The notes: generated by a model not told the origin, from the letters alone. 54,594 nucleotides of DNA, filler included, from Sphacelaria rigidula (GCA_964200075.2; 4 parts of 4 records of this genome joined end to end with filler, not necessarily neighbours in it), one strand, 5' to 3'; shown: positions 23,667-37,796, numbered from the whole stretch's first letter. Program-made: numbers and translations.

Positions 23667-26600
23667 GTCCGAGTTTCGTTTTCCATAAATGTCAGCGGAA
23701 GGGATAGAGCGGGTGGTCTCAGTACGGAAGGGCGAGCATCACCTTGGAAAAGCAGTCAAGCCAAGGGTGGTGCACTGGTCAAATTTCGATGTTCGAATTC
23801 CGAAACGCCGAGTGCTACCGCACCTCATATGAATGAAAGTTACAAGTTTTTCTTCCAAGCGTGGTGGTCCCTTTTTGTCATGTAGAATTCAACACTCGAC
23901 CGCGAGCATGAGCGGCGCTCAAAGAGGAACTGATAGCGACGTCGCAGCCCCCACTCTGATGCCCTCTACACACGATCAGAAGTTCTTTTAAATTTTAAGG
24001 TGTTGGTACCTTGGCTTTCTGTTCTGCTATACCCGGCGGAAGAGATTTTAGAGAGCAAGCAATTGCGTCGTTCATGTATGATCTGTACACCTCTGAACTG
24101 ATTCAACAAGCGTTCATGCGGGGACAGAGGTAATACCACCGTGCCGAGTTGAAGAGTTCTGGAATATATCCAAGTATAGAAGAGTATTAGGCAATTTTCG
24201 GGTACTACACAGTACTGGGCGCCTGAACTATTCGTTGTTAGGAGGGGTTTTTTCTCACTACTCTTCAATATAAGTCGAAGTTCCTAGCATCGGTAGATTT
24301 TGGTAGAATGAGCAGATCGTCTTCCCTTCCAGTGCCCAAGCTCATGTCAGTTGATTTCATCAGGCGATACGAGTATGTACCCCGTTTATCAGGAGGGTGT
24401 TATTGACCGTTGAACACAGTTTTTCGGCTCTAGTGCAATGAGTAGGCAGAACTGAAAAAAAACTGTACAGTTTTCACAAAGCGATCGGGACAAGATCGAT
24501 CGACCGAAAATACCGAAGAGTCAGGATCTGGGCTGAAATGTGCCAGTATCCCAGATGACCGGTCAGCCAGGAAGTCGCTCAAATATTGAGTACAGATGAA
24601 AAAAAATCTCATTTTGTGAGTGGATTCCGGATGTGGAGCGGATACGACACGAGTATTGTCACGTCCCCAATCTGATGAGCGGTAGCAAGCGAAAGAGCCC
24701 TACGCAATCGCCAACTACGGAGAAAATACTATTTGAATAGTTCAGGCGCCCTGTACTGTATGTAACCTGACCTTGACTGCTTTATGTGAGACCACAGCCC
24801 TCACGCGGTACTGCACATGTATGAATCTGTTGATTTATTGTAGACGTTCTTGTATGTTTTTCACCATTATACAAAACCTACGCAGAAATCATCTGTGAAT
24901 ATCAGCAGAAGTTTGAAATGGATGGTGATTGTTCTTGTAATGCAATGACAGCACCATTGCTGTAACGGGAGGTGAAACTTGCGCAAAGAGGCTGCAGGGG
25001 TTTATCATACAAAACGCGCTGTGAGCACAACCGTTTCGTGTCGGTTGCAAAGAGCCGAGCGAGGTGCGTCATCTTGAACGGGTGACAATCTCTCACGGGT
25101 TGTAGCAGATGTGGGCAGTATGGAGATGACTACGAGAATATATGGCGCCGTGCACCTGCTGCAGTCGGCAAGACGTCACACAAGTACATTTATTTTTGAA
25201 CATGAAGAACATGCTATTTGGAAGGTGAGGAAACAACCGCCAAACGTTCAAGCTTTGGTGCTCTAACTCTCTCCCCCTGTAGTGCTCAAGGCAGTGGCAA
25301 AGGCCACAAATCAGAGTCACCCGTGCCGCACCCAACCCCACGTCAATATGCGAAGAGCCGGGTTGCCTCATCATTGCCATCCGCAGGATGTAGAGTACTG
25401 TTGTCGTAGAGTGCACACTACCCAGGTCTGCCGCAGAGGGGGATCCAGACACATGCGCCGTGACCTCACAAATTTCAAAAATGGAGTCACGACATGGGTA
25501 CACAGCACGGGCGCGAAAAAACGCCAGCACGAAGCCGCTGGCGTGAGCAACATGCAACACCAATAGCAGTCAAGCTGTATTGTGATGTATACAGCCTGCA
25601 TTTCAAGTGCACGAGACAGTACAATCCATCAAGTGCTTGTGAAGGCTTCTTTTAAAATAGCGCCTCTCGCGTTGCGCTTGCAAATTCGCTGATCTAACAC
25701 GAAGTGAAGGAGCGATGAAGGACCAACAGGCTGCTGGCTGCCGCTAAAAAGATAATCCCCGTCGAACAGCACACACGACGGAAGCTCACACACAAAAGTT
25801 CAATGCCGCCAGTGTGATCACCCCGATCACCCCGATCACCCGACCAACCCCCCAGCATCCAGCAAACGTGAATAAGCAGCGGTAGAACGAAAAGGACAGG
25901 TGGACAACATCTTCAACTCGCCAGGTGGGGGGAATAGAGACTTACGATATGGTGTAAACGGGTTTTGAACAAAAAAAGTGTTTTACCTGGATTGACCACG
26001 CTCGCTTGTCTGCTCTTGCGCTTCATACCTCGCTCCCTTGATCTCCGCTCCCCACCCTTGCACAGGACCTTCACTTCAATCTTAGAAAAGGGCAAAGACA
26101 AGAGGCAACACTTGTGGTTTGCCAAAGGCGGAAGATGCAGTACACTGAGAGGCGAGTCGTTGTACACGCGAACAGAACAGGCTTTTTCCAAATTTGAAAA
26201 ATCGCTATTTTCTGTATGTCACACCAACCTCATCCCGAGCGGAAAATCCCGTTGGTGTTCCCGAACGATCGAAACGTGTCAATTACTTCGTGCAGCACCT
26301 ACAAGATGCAGTGTTGTAGTCGTACACCACGTACCAAGCAGAAGCCTCTCACCTGGTAACGTACACTACAGCGGTACTTTTGTACACTGTCGTGTTGCCA
26401 ATCATCAACAATGTACACACTGTGAACAGATGGTGTCAGTGTCGTGTCCCCTTTTTGATCGATACGGCGACACTCCACCACTTCTGTCTCATGAAAGGAA
26501 TCCCTCTTTCATCATTTCGAGAGGAATCGAGAAAAAAAGGAAGGATTTTTATATGACGCCCGACAGAAGCCGATGAAAGCTCCTCCCCTCACCTGTGGGG

Positions 26601-27249
26601 CGAGAGCTGTTTCGAATGTACCTTAAGGAGATGTATATATGGCTTTAGACACCGAACCAACAATTCGCAACAAGGTAATACTCGTAGCCTGGGGGAAGTT
26701 TTGATCGACAAATAAATCCTCAGTTAGGTGGTTGTTTTCGCAAAACTCTTCCGGGGAAAATCTGAACTATCAGAAGGTAGCTTCGGCCCCATTGAGAATT
26801 TCGGCATCGTTTTCCAGGATCATGTTTCTATTATGCTTACATATCTATATTCACTGCGCGCCTTTATCGGAACGTATTTTTCATCTGTATCGATTTCTGT
26901 GTGTGGATGTCCCATGCGCATGTGTGTACGTGGTGTGGAGCTGTTTCCTCCGCGACAAAACTCGATCGACTCCCCATCGGTGTGGTTCGCGCGGTCGTGG
27001 CCGGTGGTTCTGTTGGAGAGGGCAAACAGTGCCTGAATGATGTTACACGATATTTCTTTGAACTGCAAAAATTGTCATCATGCGTTACGAAGCCATTTTC
27101 CGGGACTGTACTCCGTTCGACAAAGTCTCAGCGTTAAGGTGGTCTTTTGTCTGCTTCCCCCCTCTTCCGCCACACCTGGTCCGGCGAGAACCTGGCGTGC
27201 TCCGTTCCGGCTTTGTAGGGGCGGACCCCCGATGGGGTTGGCGTCGGTT

Positions 27250-27349
27250 NNNNNNNNNNNNNNNNNNNNNNNNNNNNNNNNNNNNNNNNNNNNTTAATTA
27301 ATTAANNNNNNNNNNNNNNNNNNNNNNNNNNNNNNNNNNNNNNNNNNNN
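27250..27349. other. Artificial contig spacer
   Basis: N run with central TTAATTAATTAA. Confidence 0.97.
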
Positions 27350-27918
27350 TAGGAGCCCCTGAACCGGACAGAATTTCGCGAAAAAGTGCACCCCTACCGT
27401 AGCATTGCTCCGAGACGACTAAATCCCGACGAAGCGTATCGCGTCTGGAACAAAAGATTTTGTCACGCGAGTTGCTTCCGTCACGGACCCCAATCGCACG
27501 ACTCTCGGCAGTCCAATGCGCCCTGCTTCCCAGTTCAATGTCGGACCAGCAGTCGTGGCCATGCATTCTGCCCTGCGGAATTTGCATCGCCCTTCTTCGG
27601 CGTCGGCGCACACGCCAGTCCCAGCTCCAATCGAGTCATCCACGGCTTTTTGCCAGGCCGCGCCCCAAGATCAATCGGCTTGTGCTTACGTGCAATTACT
27701 CTGCACTTGCCGCGCCCAAACCCGTACGCTTGGCACCCCGATCTGCGACACCGCGTTCTTCGTTCGTCTCTCATGAGAGATTCAACGAACACGAGTCCAA
27801 CCCCTCCTCCACTTCGAACTAAAGTCTTGCTCGCGCTCCTGAACGGCGCTGCACACGGACAGTTGGTCATGACCACGTCACCCGTGCTGGCAGTCCCAAG
27901 GACAACTCCCAGCACAGC

Positions 27919-30900
27919 TTGAATCCATCGCGCATTTTCACACGCCCGAGGAATATCGCTCACGGCCGCACATATGAAGGTAGTTTACGGCACAGTTCCA
28001 ATTCATCGCGCGCTCCGGAGCGCCCGATGGATGCCGACCGTGACCGTACTCACGAGGATAGTTCGCGGCACATATCAAATTCATCGCGCGTTCACTTGCG
28101 CTCGAAAAACATCGATCATGCAACCGTGCGCACCCCTCCTGGTCCGCCTCAGTCACGCCGCCGTCATTTACGCAATGATAATACTGTACATGCTGACGAC
28201 ATCCAGAATATGGTTTCGGACATGTCATCGGCTCTAGAATCCTCATTTAAGGGGTCCAGCCGTAATTCATCGCACAACCGACGACCCCACAATGACCGCG
28301 ACCCCCCGTCCTGGTCTGATGCTGCGATTATTTTCTCCCTCCAACAACGACTGACAGATCTCGAGCGAGAACTGACCAAGTCAAGAAGGAAAAATAAGGG
28401 AGTAACCACCGCCGCTGCCGCCAAGACCACTATGGACAACAAAAGAGTTACCGCCGCTGCAGCTGCCACCACCACTGCCGCTGCCGCCGCTGCTGCCATG
28501 GCCGCTGCGCCTCCCGCCACGACGACTACCATCACGGCTCTCACAACCGTTGCCGTCCCGTCTGCCGTCGATACCGCCGGTGATAGTGGCCCAACCACTG
28601 GTCCCGTCACGGATGCCTCTGTGCCCTTGCCCCCGCCTGTGGAAAATATCCCTCCGCTCGGCGACGAGTACTGCCCGACTGACCTCCTCTTGAGGCTGTT
28701 CAGGAACCGTCTCCGCGTGTAACAGTTTATGCTCGTTGAGGACTACGCCCCACAAGCGTTGGCACCTGCCAAGGACATCCTAGAGCAACAACGTGAGGCT
28801 GACGCCGCTGCTGCACGCCTCCTAGCGGAGGAACATGCTGACATGCAAAGAGATTTTCAGCGGTAGGCTTCACACACCCAAACTACGAACTCCGCTGCTC
28901 AACGCGCCCTGCAGGAAGGTCGCACTGCTGCCATCGCGGCCCAGAGACGGGTGCGGGATCTCGGGGGCCATGTCCGACGGACCGCTCACGAAGCGGCTAC
29001 GTCGTTCGCCTGCCTGACCAACCATCAGGCCTCTCCACCGTCCGCCGGCAACCCGCTTAGTGGTTGCCCTTCTCACCAGCCTTCGGCGCACAAGGCCTAG
29101 CCCAAGACCGGTACGTCGACTTACACTATCCCACATAAGTCCAACCAACCGTCCTATGCTGCGGCCGCTGCCGTCTCCAAGACGGCCCCAATACCCCCGC
29201 TTCGAGCAGCTAGCTCGGCGGCCAATGCCGGCCCGACACCAGGCCTGCAACGCACGCCCCACGAACAAACGTGGCTTTCTCGTTCCGCGGCCGACTATAC
29301 GACCCGTCCCACCGGGCCAATCACCTACACTGCTCCCGCCAGGCTTGGAACTTGGTGTCGCAACGTCTCCACCACGTTGTTGATCTTTACGTGGACCAGG
29401 GGGGATTCTTCTCCGACATCGGCATACCGTCCCTCACCCTGGGCCAACTTGTTCTTCATATGACCATCGGTGACAGCCCTGATCATCAGCATTACGTCGA
29501 AACTGTCACCGATCTTTTTGCGGCGCTACATGCCGCTTACCCCTCTGATCCCGACGCCACCATCGCCGACGATGAACAGGATGACGATGGTTGGACTCCC
29601 ACGAATGCCAAGTGCAGAGGCAAGAAGAAGAACCACCGGCGGGATGACGACGACAACGGTGGAGCAGGCCCACGCCGCCGCTATAGCGGCGGAGGATCCT
29701 GCTCGGGCGGTTCCGGACCGAACCGTCCGGTCCACAATAACCGCGACCCGACCTGGAAGAGAACAGGAGGCAATTCTTCCGGATCTCCCGCGCCAGGCTG
29801 GAACCGGTCTAGCACAGACCTGCCCCCCTCGGGTTCGACGACACCCAGGCAAGTGATACCTAAGTTGGCCGATGTTTTGGGTCGCATTTTGGGCTTATCT
29901 GATTCGGCCACGTCATGCTGTCCATTGTCTTCTACTGTAGCCCGCACCTTAGCAACCGCTGCTGCCGACAAAGAACGTTCCGAAGCTATTGAAGAATCAG
30001 CTTCCGATAGAGTCGAGTCTGCCCGAGTAGCTTCAATACAGAGACAGTATATTCAGATGGACGTGAAAAAGCTTTGGCAAATCAAAAACATGCCTGCTGT
30101 GGATAACGAAGATTCGGGACCGTTTATTTCTGCTCTCATCACATCCATTCGCCATACAGTTTGCAATATTCTTCACTTGGCGGATGCAACTGGCGTTCAA
30201 TGCTTTGAAGATCCCAATTGGATAGATGGCTAGCAGACCCCATTGCATAAAGCATTGCATCGATCCATCAGCCGCCGCTCTCACGACATCACTGCCTATT
30301 TAGCACAGATCCTCGACGGCTTCCTCGCCGAAATGGGTCCGGAATGTGCCAAGGGGAAGACAGGCCCGGTATTGCTCTCTGATCTGGAAAGGCGTCTGAC
30401 AGGTTATTTTGACAAAGGTGACCAAGCCAGCGCCATCCAGAGACTGAGGTATTTTGCTGTCGCATCGGATGTCCCCTTCGCGGAATATCTTCGCGAATAT
30501 TAGCATTTAGTCTCCGGTACTACGGGTGTCGGACGCCAAAATGGACCGAGCGACGCATTGTGTCAGACTTACGTTCGCAATAGCGTTGCTCAACAGTATC
30601 CGGCTCTGATGCCGTCGTTATTTCCGGGTGTCCTGGCGCATCGCGAGGTGCCTTACGCCTCTGTTGATGCTATGTGGTCTGCTTTTGTACACCGAGAGGT
30701 TATTCTAACGCCCGCCATATGTGGCAAACCTTCTACACCTCTGCGTCCACAAACTACGGTTGTGTCCTCCGCTCATGCCCAAGGATCTCGCGGCAGGAAT
30801 TAAAGTTCATCTCGCGCTTCATGGACCCCCGACTCGGTCGCCGGTTCAGTTATTCATGTCCAAAGTAACAGAGATGCATTCCGTGCGAGTTTTGATGGTT

Positions 30901-31274
30901 GGCCGTTTTCCAAGGAAACTTGGGGTGATGTTTATTTGACTTTAACGGTATTCATTACAGATGATCGCCATTTGTGGAACCCTCTTCTTTCGTCTCGTTC
31001 TAGACGCAATGTCTTCAGTAGTCATGCCAACAGTTGCATCAACTGTAGTCTTCAAGGCCACAGTATGCGTGACTGCGATAGTCCATGCATCAATGCCGTT
31101 GATCTCATGAACCCTGAAGTTCGGGACAATAAACCCGCGTGGCGCCGATGGCAAAAAGGCATGCGCGACTATCGCCCACCAAATCGAAATTATCGCAATA
31201 ATTCGAATCAACGTGGCCACAAAAGCTCTAATCGCGGTCGCCGACAAAACAACACTAATGCAAGCCCTCGCTAG
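27919..31274 (+). pseudogene. gag: Long gag-like ORF, disrupted, with CCHC zinc knuckle
   Basis: Consecutive ORF fragments (27919, 29271, 30243, 30558, 30936) separated by stops or frameshifts. CINCSLQGHSMRDC at 31035-31076. Confidence 0.75.
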
Positions 31275-31481
31275 AACGATCATAATTCTCGCGACAACAA
31301 ACGATCTCCGGATAGACATCAGCGGACGGGGCCGACACACAACTCGGACCCCAACACCAGAAACCCTGGTACCTTCACTATGGATCGCGTAGACCCATGA
31401 CGTGCCGACGCCAGCGTTGTACGGTCTTCCGCGCCGCCGACAGCACTAGCGAAGATTTTTTCAACACATCCCGCGGAGTCC

Positions 31482-31680
31482 GTGACTAAGATTGTTCACC
31501 CGACTCCCCCGGCACTATCCAGGAGCGTTTCAACCAGCCGTTCAAATCGACCTCCGTCTCCAACTTCCACACATTTTTCAACACAGCCCACAGAGCCCGT
31601 GACTAAGACTGTCCGCCCGGCTCCCCCGGCACTATTCCGGAGCGCAACTGACGGCCGTTCAAATCGACCCCCGTCCTCTT
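31482..31680. repeat. 117 bp-period direct repeat in the gag-pol spacer
   Basis: GTGACTAAGA...CTCCCCCGGCACTAT...GCCGTTCAAATCGACC starts at 31482 and 31599. Confidence 0.85.
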
Positions 31681-32639
31681 CCCTCCGCACACCGCGTAAC
31701 AGTTGTCTCACCCCGCGACTCAGACCTACACCCGGCCCTGACTTGGTCCTTCAGTGCCGAGTATAAGTCTGAGGTGCGGGAGGACCGACCGCCAGTCCCT
31801 GAGGCAAATGCTTTCCTCAGCGACCGCACGCACAGGTAGTAGCAAGCCGTTTTCAGTTGAACCAAGTGTCGCTGATTTGAACTTGTTCACATCGGACCAT
31901 GCAATTCCCAATCAGTTGGATCGAGCTTATTCCCCGCAATTTTCAACATGCGCAGACCTATCTCCGGCCGGTTCTAACAACAACCGCCCCAACATACCTC
32001 TGGCTATGACCCACCAGCGAAGGTTGCCTACGGACAGCACCCCACAAGTTTCGCTCCGTCATGCCCCGATGCTGACCCCATCCACCCGATTGGACGCAGT
32101 TGTGGTTTCATCCCAAAATGTTTTGGAAGTTCACCGACCTTTGTCACGGCGAAAGAGAAAGCCCCGTAAGCATGCCCCCACGGACGCGCGCGCATCATCA
32201 CGTACACCCCTTTCGAGCGGAAATCCTCGACCTCAATCTCTCCAAAATGTGACGACTTTGAGCTCGACGGCTCTATCAAGTATCACGGAAGAAACTAAAA
32301 TTTTCTGACGTCACTACGTCTTCAATTGACGACTGCAGCCCCGCACAATCTGGATCCCCCTCGGACGGCGATCCCTGTCAAACAAAAACGATCATTTACG
32401 AAATCGCTAATGGTCACTCCGACAATGCCACACCTTGGAATAATATACCGTCCACACTCTTCTCTGGTGAGAAATCTGACCCATCGGCGGATCACCCGCC
32501 GCGCGTTTTTGCTGTCAGCCCCGCTGATCCTGACCAATTTACCTTGTCGGAACACGTTCCGGATCTTGTCAGCGGTAAAGTGTCTGTGGATCCGGCCACT
32601 TTCACGACACGCGTTGCGATCCACTCTGGCCCAAACGAT

Positions 32640-35600
32640 ACCACGCCTACGAAATGCGTATCCTTGTTGGACAGCGGCAACCCGCAAATATTTATGCGAG
32701 AATCAACATGGTAACACATGAAACAGACTGGTGCTGCTACTGCAGCTTGCGAAACCACCACCAAATCTCGAGTATGGGGCGTTTTCGGTGATTCTGCCGC
32801 ACCCCTGACGACACGAAAATCCGTACGTCTCAGTGAGCAATTCTTTCGCAACATCACTCGTTCTGCCAGCCTCGCAGTCTGGGCACACATTGTCCCCGAC
32901 AGCACAATGCAGTTGGGCAGATATAGCCATCTGCAGTTTCATGAATGAACCTACCGCACGCTTCCATCACTACCGCCATATTCCACACCTCGTGGAGAAT
33001 TCAACCTTGAACACTTTGGTACACTCCACAGCGCCCTGGCCTACCAGAAGGATACTCAAGCAACCGGAGCTTCTCACCACTAATAATACAACGGCAGCGT
33101 TGGTATCACACTCTCCAACGGTCCTCAACTTCTAGAAGTTGCACTAGTTCGCCGAAATGGCATGCCAGCACTTACGGATCATTATCTTGCCGAAATGTCA
33201 CCCCGTATTGGCGCACCAGCTGACATAGAACACTTTGTGTCGGCGGGACAACAACTTCTCCCTCCTACGGGCCATGCTAACTTGGAACCCGGCGATATTC
33301 TAGGAATCGCCGCTGCTCCCCCGATGCACATCGCACTCGAGACGTACGTAACAGAGCCTGTTGCGCCAAACGCACACCTTCGGTGGCGTTAGTTCATTGT
33401 GTCGATGAAACTTATTTCGACCTCGCCTCTACGACTCCACCCCAGGTTCACACCTCGGATCCTGTCCAGTCAAATTCCGATCCTCTTGCTGAAGTGCTTC
33501 AACGCTTATCATCAGAGCCTCGCAATAGTTTTTTGCAAATGTGGCACCAACTATCGCTACACATGCGCGACATCAATTTTGACCTTCATGGGCCCGGCTG
33601 GGAACCGGCAGTCATCCGAGAACTCAGCGATATCCTTCTGCAGTACCAACACCGATTTTCCCGATTCAAGACGAATCTTGGGCATTGCAAAACGCTGCCC
33701 TTTAAGGTTACGCTCCGACCCGGCGTCTCGCCGATCTCTTCTCGGCCATACCGGAAAAACCCAATCCTTACCAAGAAGGTTAACGCCATCTTGGATGCAT
33801 ATTTGGGAGCAGGAGTAATACAACATTCCCCCTCTCCTTGTGCCTCGCCCCTTGTGGTCGTCCCCCAAAAGGATGGAAGCATACGCTAAGCGTGAATTAC
33901 CAACGGTTGAACCGCGTCACTATGATCGGTAAACTTCCAATTCCATGCATTGATGAATTCTTCGACTCCTTAGGCGAAGGAAAAATATTCAGCACCTTCG
34001 ACCTCGCTTCTGGATTCTTTCAGAATGCTATTCACCCTGACACAGTCCCACTGACGGCCTTTTGTACCTCGTCCGGACTCTACGAGTGACTTCGAATGCC
34101 ACAAGCCGCTGCCACTGCCCCGGGATGCTTCCAACGCTTAATGCAACGCGTCACCGAGGGCCTCGAGCGTATCATCATGTACCTGGATAACGCTATCGCT
34201 TTCGATGCCTCACCTATTGCACATATCCGCACCCTCCAAGAATACATCTCTCGCCTATGCCCACACGATTTAAAACTGTCTCCATCCGAAGCTCGCCTTG
34301 GTGCGACTGACCTGGATTTCCTGGGGCATTCCATTTCGCCAACAGGCCTGCATCCAGATACAAAGCCAAGGCGGTGACTGACTTGCCGATGCCAACCAAT
34401 ATTTCTCAACTTCGCTCATTGTTGGGCGGACTATCCTACTACCGCAAATCTTGCCAAATTTATTTAAACGAATTCGCCACCTTACTGAGGTACTCAAGAA
34501 CGGAGCCGTGTTTTCCTTCACAACCGATGTGGAAAATATCACCCGCGAATTACTCAAGACGCTTACCGAAAAGCCGGCACTCTGCTTTCCTGATTGGGAA
34601 GCAGTACAAGATGGCTCTCGTCTTTTCCAGCACAAACGGATTTGGAGGAGTTTTTAATCAACCTCAGGTTGATGGCTCCGTCCGACCAATCCTTTATATC
34701 AGCCGCGCCACTCTGTCTAACGAGGCCAATTGAAGCCCGCCAGAACTGTAAGGTGGACTAATCACTTGGGTTATTAATCGCCTTCGACAATATCTGTTTC
34801 ACGTGCCCTTCGAGATCTATACGGATCATGGAGCACTGGAACAACTCGCCAAGGTCGGCGAACACAACCCGCGTGTACAACGATGGCTGGTGCTTCTAAC
34901 AGCATACAAGTATACCAATAAGCACCGTCCAGGCAAAACCAACGGGAACGCGGATCTTCTTTCCCGCCTGCCTCTGTCGCCTACGGCCGCAGATTCCAGC
35001 CCGGCTTGCCGTTCAACGGAACCCGATGAAGCTGGAATTTACGCGATTAGACGTTTTTCAACGCCCGTTTACGCCCTCGACCTCCAGTGCCCAGAAACCG
35101 GTATGCATATGGGAAGACCTCGCCCTCTACCATATGACGCCGTCTTGGGTGGGTTAGCGCCCAATACTTCCGATGTTGTCGATTTCCGCTCTTTCGGCAC
35201 TCGCGCGAAGCTCTTCACGGAGACACCTTCGGTCACCAACCTGATCTCTGACAACACGCGCTCCCGATCTACCGCCCGCACCACCCCGAGTGCCCCGCCG
35301 CCACCGATAACACCTGCAAATTCCACGAGCCATGTAACACAGGTTCCACGAACCAGCACGCAACGCTCCGCGAATACTCCTGCAACGTGCACTCCGCGCC
35401 ACATACAATCTTCGCCGAGCACTGATACAGCCCCGCCGCCCATAACGGCGCCACCAACACCTACCGCTCCCGTGCATGGCACTGACGAATCAGCCCCTGC
35501 TCCCGGGACAGATATTGACGTTGGCATCTCTGCCCCGTCGCCTATCCCCCCGCTGCCTACCCCATCGTGTTTGATCGGCTCGCCAGCGGAAGGTCAACTA

Positions 35601-37796
35601 CGCGAGTTTTTCGCCAGCTACTCTCGCCTAGGAACCGCTATGTCGCGCAGCCATCCGGTACTTACAACTCGACTGTCCAGTTTCTGTTCCATCCGCCCTT
35701 CTGGCCCCGGTTGGAACACTGCCACCACCAGTTATTTCTAGCGTTTACGAGCTCGTGCGTAAAGGCATCCTCTTTACTACAGCTGAAGGTGTACAACTAC
35801 TCGTGCGTCGTCCCACGCCTTGGACAGACGCAATTTCCGTCTCAATCATGGGACGCACTGCACGACTACTCGACGACGAACCAACGCGCATATATGTCCC
35901 GTTATTAAAACGCCCCTGGGTCATGAAAGGCTGCCACACGGACTTGCCATGTGACCTTCGCGTCAACCGCACCCTAGTGCTCTTGGAACGCTTCTGCTGG
36001 TGGGTTGGCATGGAAATCCCCACCCGCTTCTGGATTCGGCGATGCTTCAAATGCCAAGCCTGAAAAACTTCACGACAGACAGTACGCTGGCCTGTCATCT
36101 CTATGGGACTCCCCAACGAGCCAGGCCACCTTGTGTCCTTTGACTACTTTGGCCCTCCTCCGACCACAGGTCGCGGCAACACCTACATCTTACTCTTCAC
36201 TGATCGCTTCAGCCGCCACGCGTCGATATCCGCTACATATTTCACTGCCGCCGGAACGGCCGACATATTAGTCCACGACCATATTAAGCACTACGGTTGC
36301 CCGAAGCGCCTCCTTTCAGACAATGGTCAGCAATTTTTCTCAGATCTCTCCGACGGGCTTAACAAACTCCTGGGCATCCGCGAAATTGCCACGAGCGCGT
36401 ACCACCCGAACGGAAATGGTGGTATCGAAGGAGTTAATCACACCATGGCCCAGAAGCTCGAAGTGGTTGTCAATGACCGCCAAAATGACTGGGGCCTACA
36501 TCTCTCGCACATCATGTTGTCCTACAACAACTCGGTTAACGCTGCCACAGGCAGGCCTTTCTCCGAACGACCTCCATCTTGGACGTTACCCTCGGCTGCC
36601 CATCACCGTGTTTGAGCGACACACGTTCGATTGCCCCCAAGGGTTGGATCATGATCAGATATCCTGTCACGAGCTAGCGCATTCACAACAACGCAAAGCG
36701 TTTACCCTCGTGCACGAACACCACGCTATCAACGCCTCGTGCCTGGAGAGATCTAAGACTGCTCTCTACAACCTCATGCACAAACGCCCCGACTGGAAAG
36801 TTGGTGATTGGGTTTGGATCTACAACAGTTTGTCGACCATCCGCCAAGGCACCAGCAATGCAGCCAGTGGAGCAATCTTGAAGACGAACATTGTCCCTCA
36901 ATTGAACAGGACCATTCAAGATCCTCACAGTCGGACCATCGCCATCATCCCCGGATGATGAACCCGTTGGCGAGAAACTGCTCTATCTCGACTTGCCTCG
37001 CGACTTCCAGGGCAAGGACACCAAACCCCGCGTCTCCGAGCACAGATGCACACCCTGCACGAACCCGCATGATACAAGCGACATGTCCAAGTACCTGCCT
37101 GCCGGACTCACACAGTATGTCCTCAACAGCTACTCGACCAAGTCCCCGCCCTACCACGTTACCACCGATGACGTGACGGAACAGCCCCTGCGATTGACCG
37201 TGTCCTCCATATCTGGCCACCAGATAAACCGTGGTCAAGGTGATGAAATTGCGGTCATCTTTAAGACCCACTCGCACAGTCTCCGGAGATCGTCTTGGGA
37301 ACGCGAATACGACCTCCGATTTCACCGCTGTGCAATCCTCCTGTACTGGACGCAATCTCAACGTCAGCATCTTGCTCACAACAAGAAATATCGCAACATG
37401 CGTCGTGGCGCAGCAGCCCGCGAACTTCACCGCGATCAGGGACTACGCTTCGTTGCCGATGGTTACGAACTTATACCCACCAAGAATTGTAAGACGAAGT
37501 TCTTTGCAAACCAACGAATACTGCCCTTGGGCAGCTACCTTTAATTCAAAGACAGCGACAACCTCTGGTGGTAGGGTCAGATCCATTCCACTAACCTGGT
37601 TTCTGCCGACACATACATCATGCGCTTCATCGATTACCCTGGACCCATATAGCTCAAGCCCCGGCCAGCACTCTGCACCACCAGCCCATCTGCACCGCGC
37701 GGATCCTGGTACCTCCAGCGCCCTAAGTCCAAAGGACTTCGCCGCCGTCTCCAGCGCAACATCGACGACAGCCACGACGTCCACGCCCCGCTTTGA
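32640..37796 (+). pseudogene. pol: pol pseudogene: protease, reverse transcriptase, RNase H, integrase, chromodomain, extra C-terminal module
   Basis: LLDSG (32664); ASPLVVVPQKDGSIR, FSTFDLASGFFQ, YLDN (34180); YTDHGAL...NGNADLLSRLP; FDYFGP, SDNG, YHPNGNGGIE; V..ISGH...SWERE.DL (37191-37349). Confidence 0.93.

Noticed and set aside
24900-27249. Gene in short ORFs such as 25093-25563 and 25965-26576
   Set aside because: No recognisable motifs or phase-consistent exon chain.
28164-35527. Antisense ORFs within the Gypsy element
   Set aside because: They are shadows of GC-rich sense-strand coding sequence and show no independent motifs.
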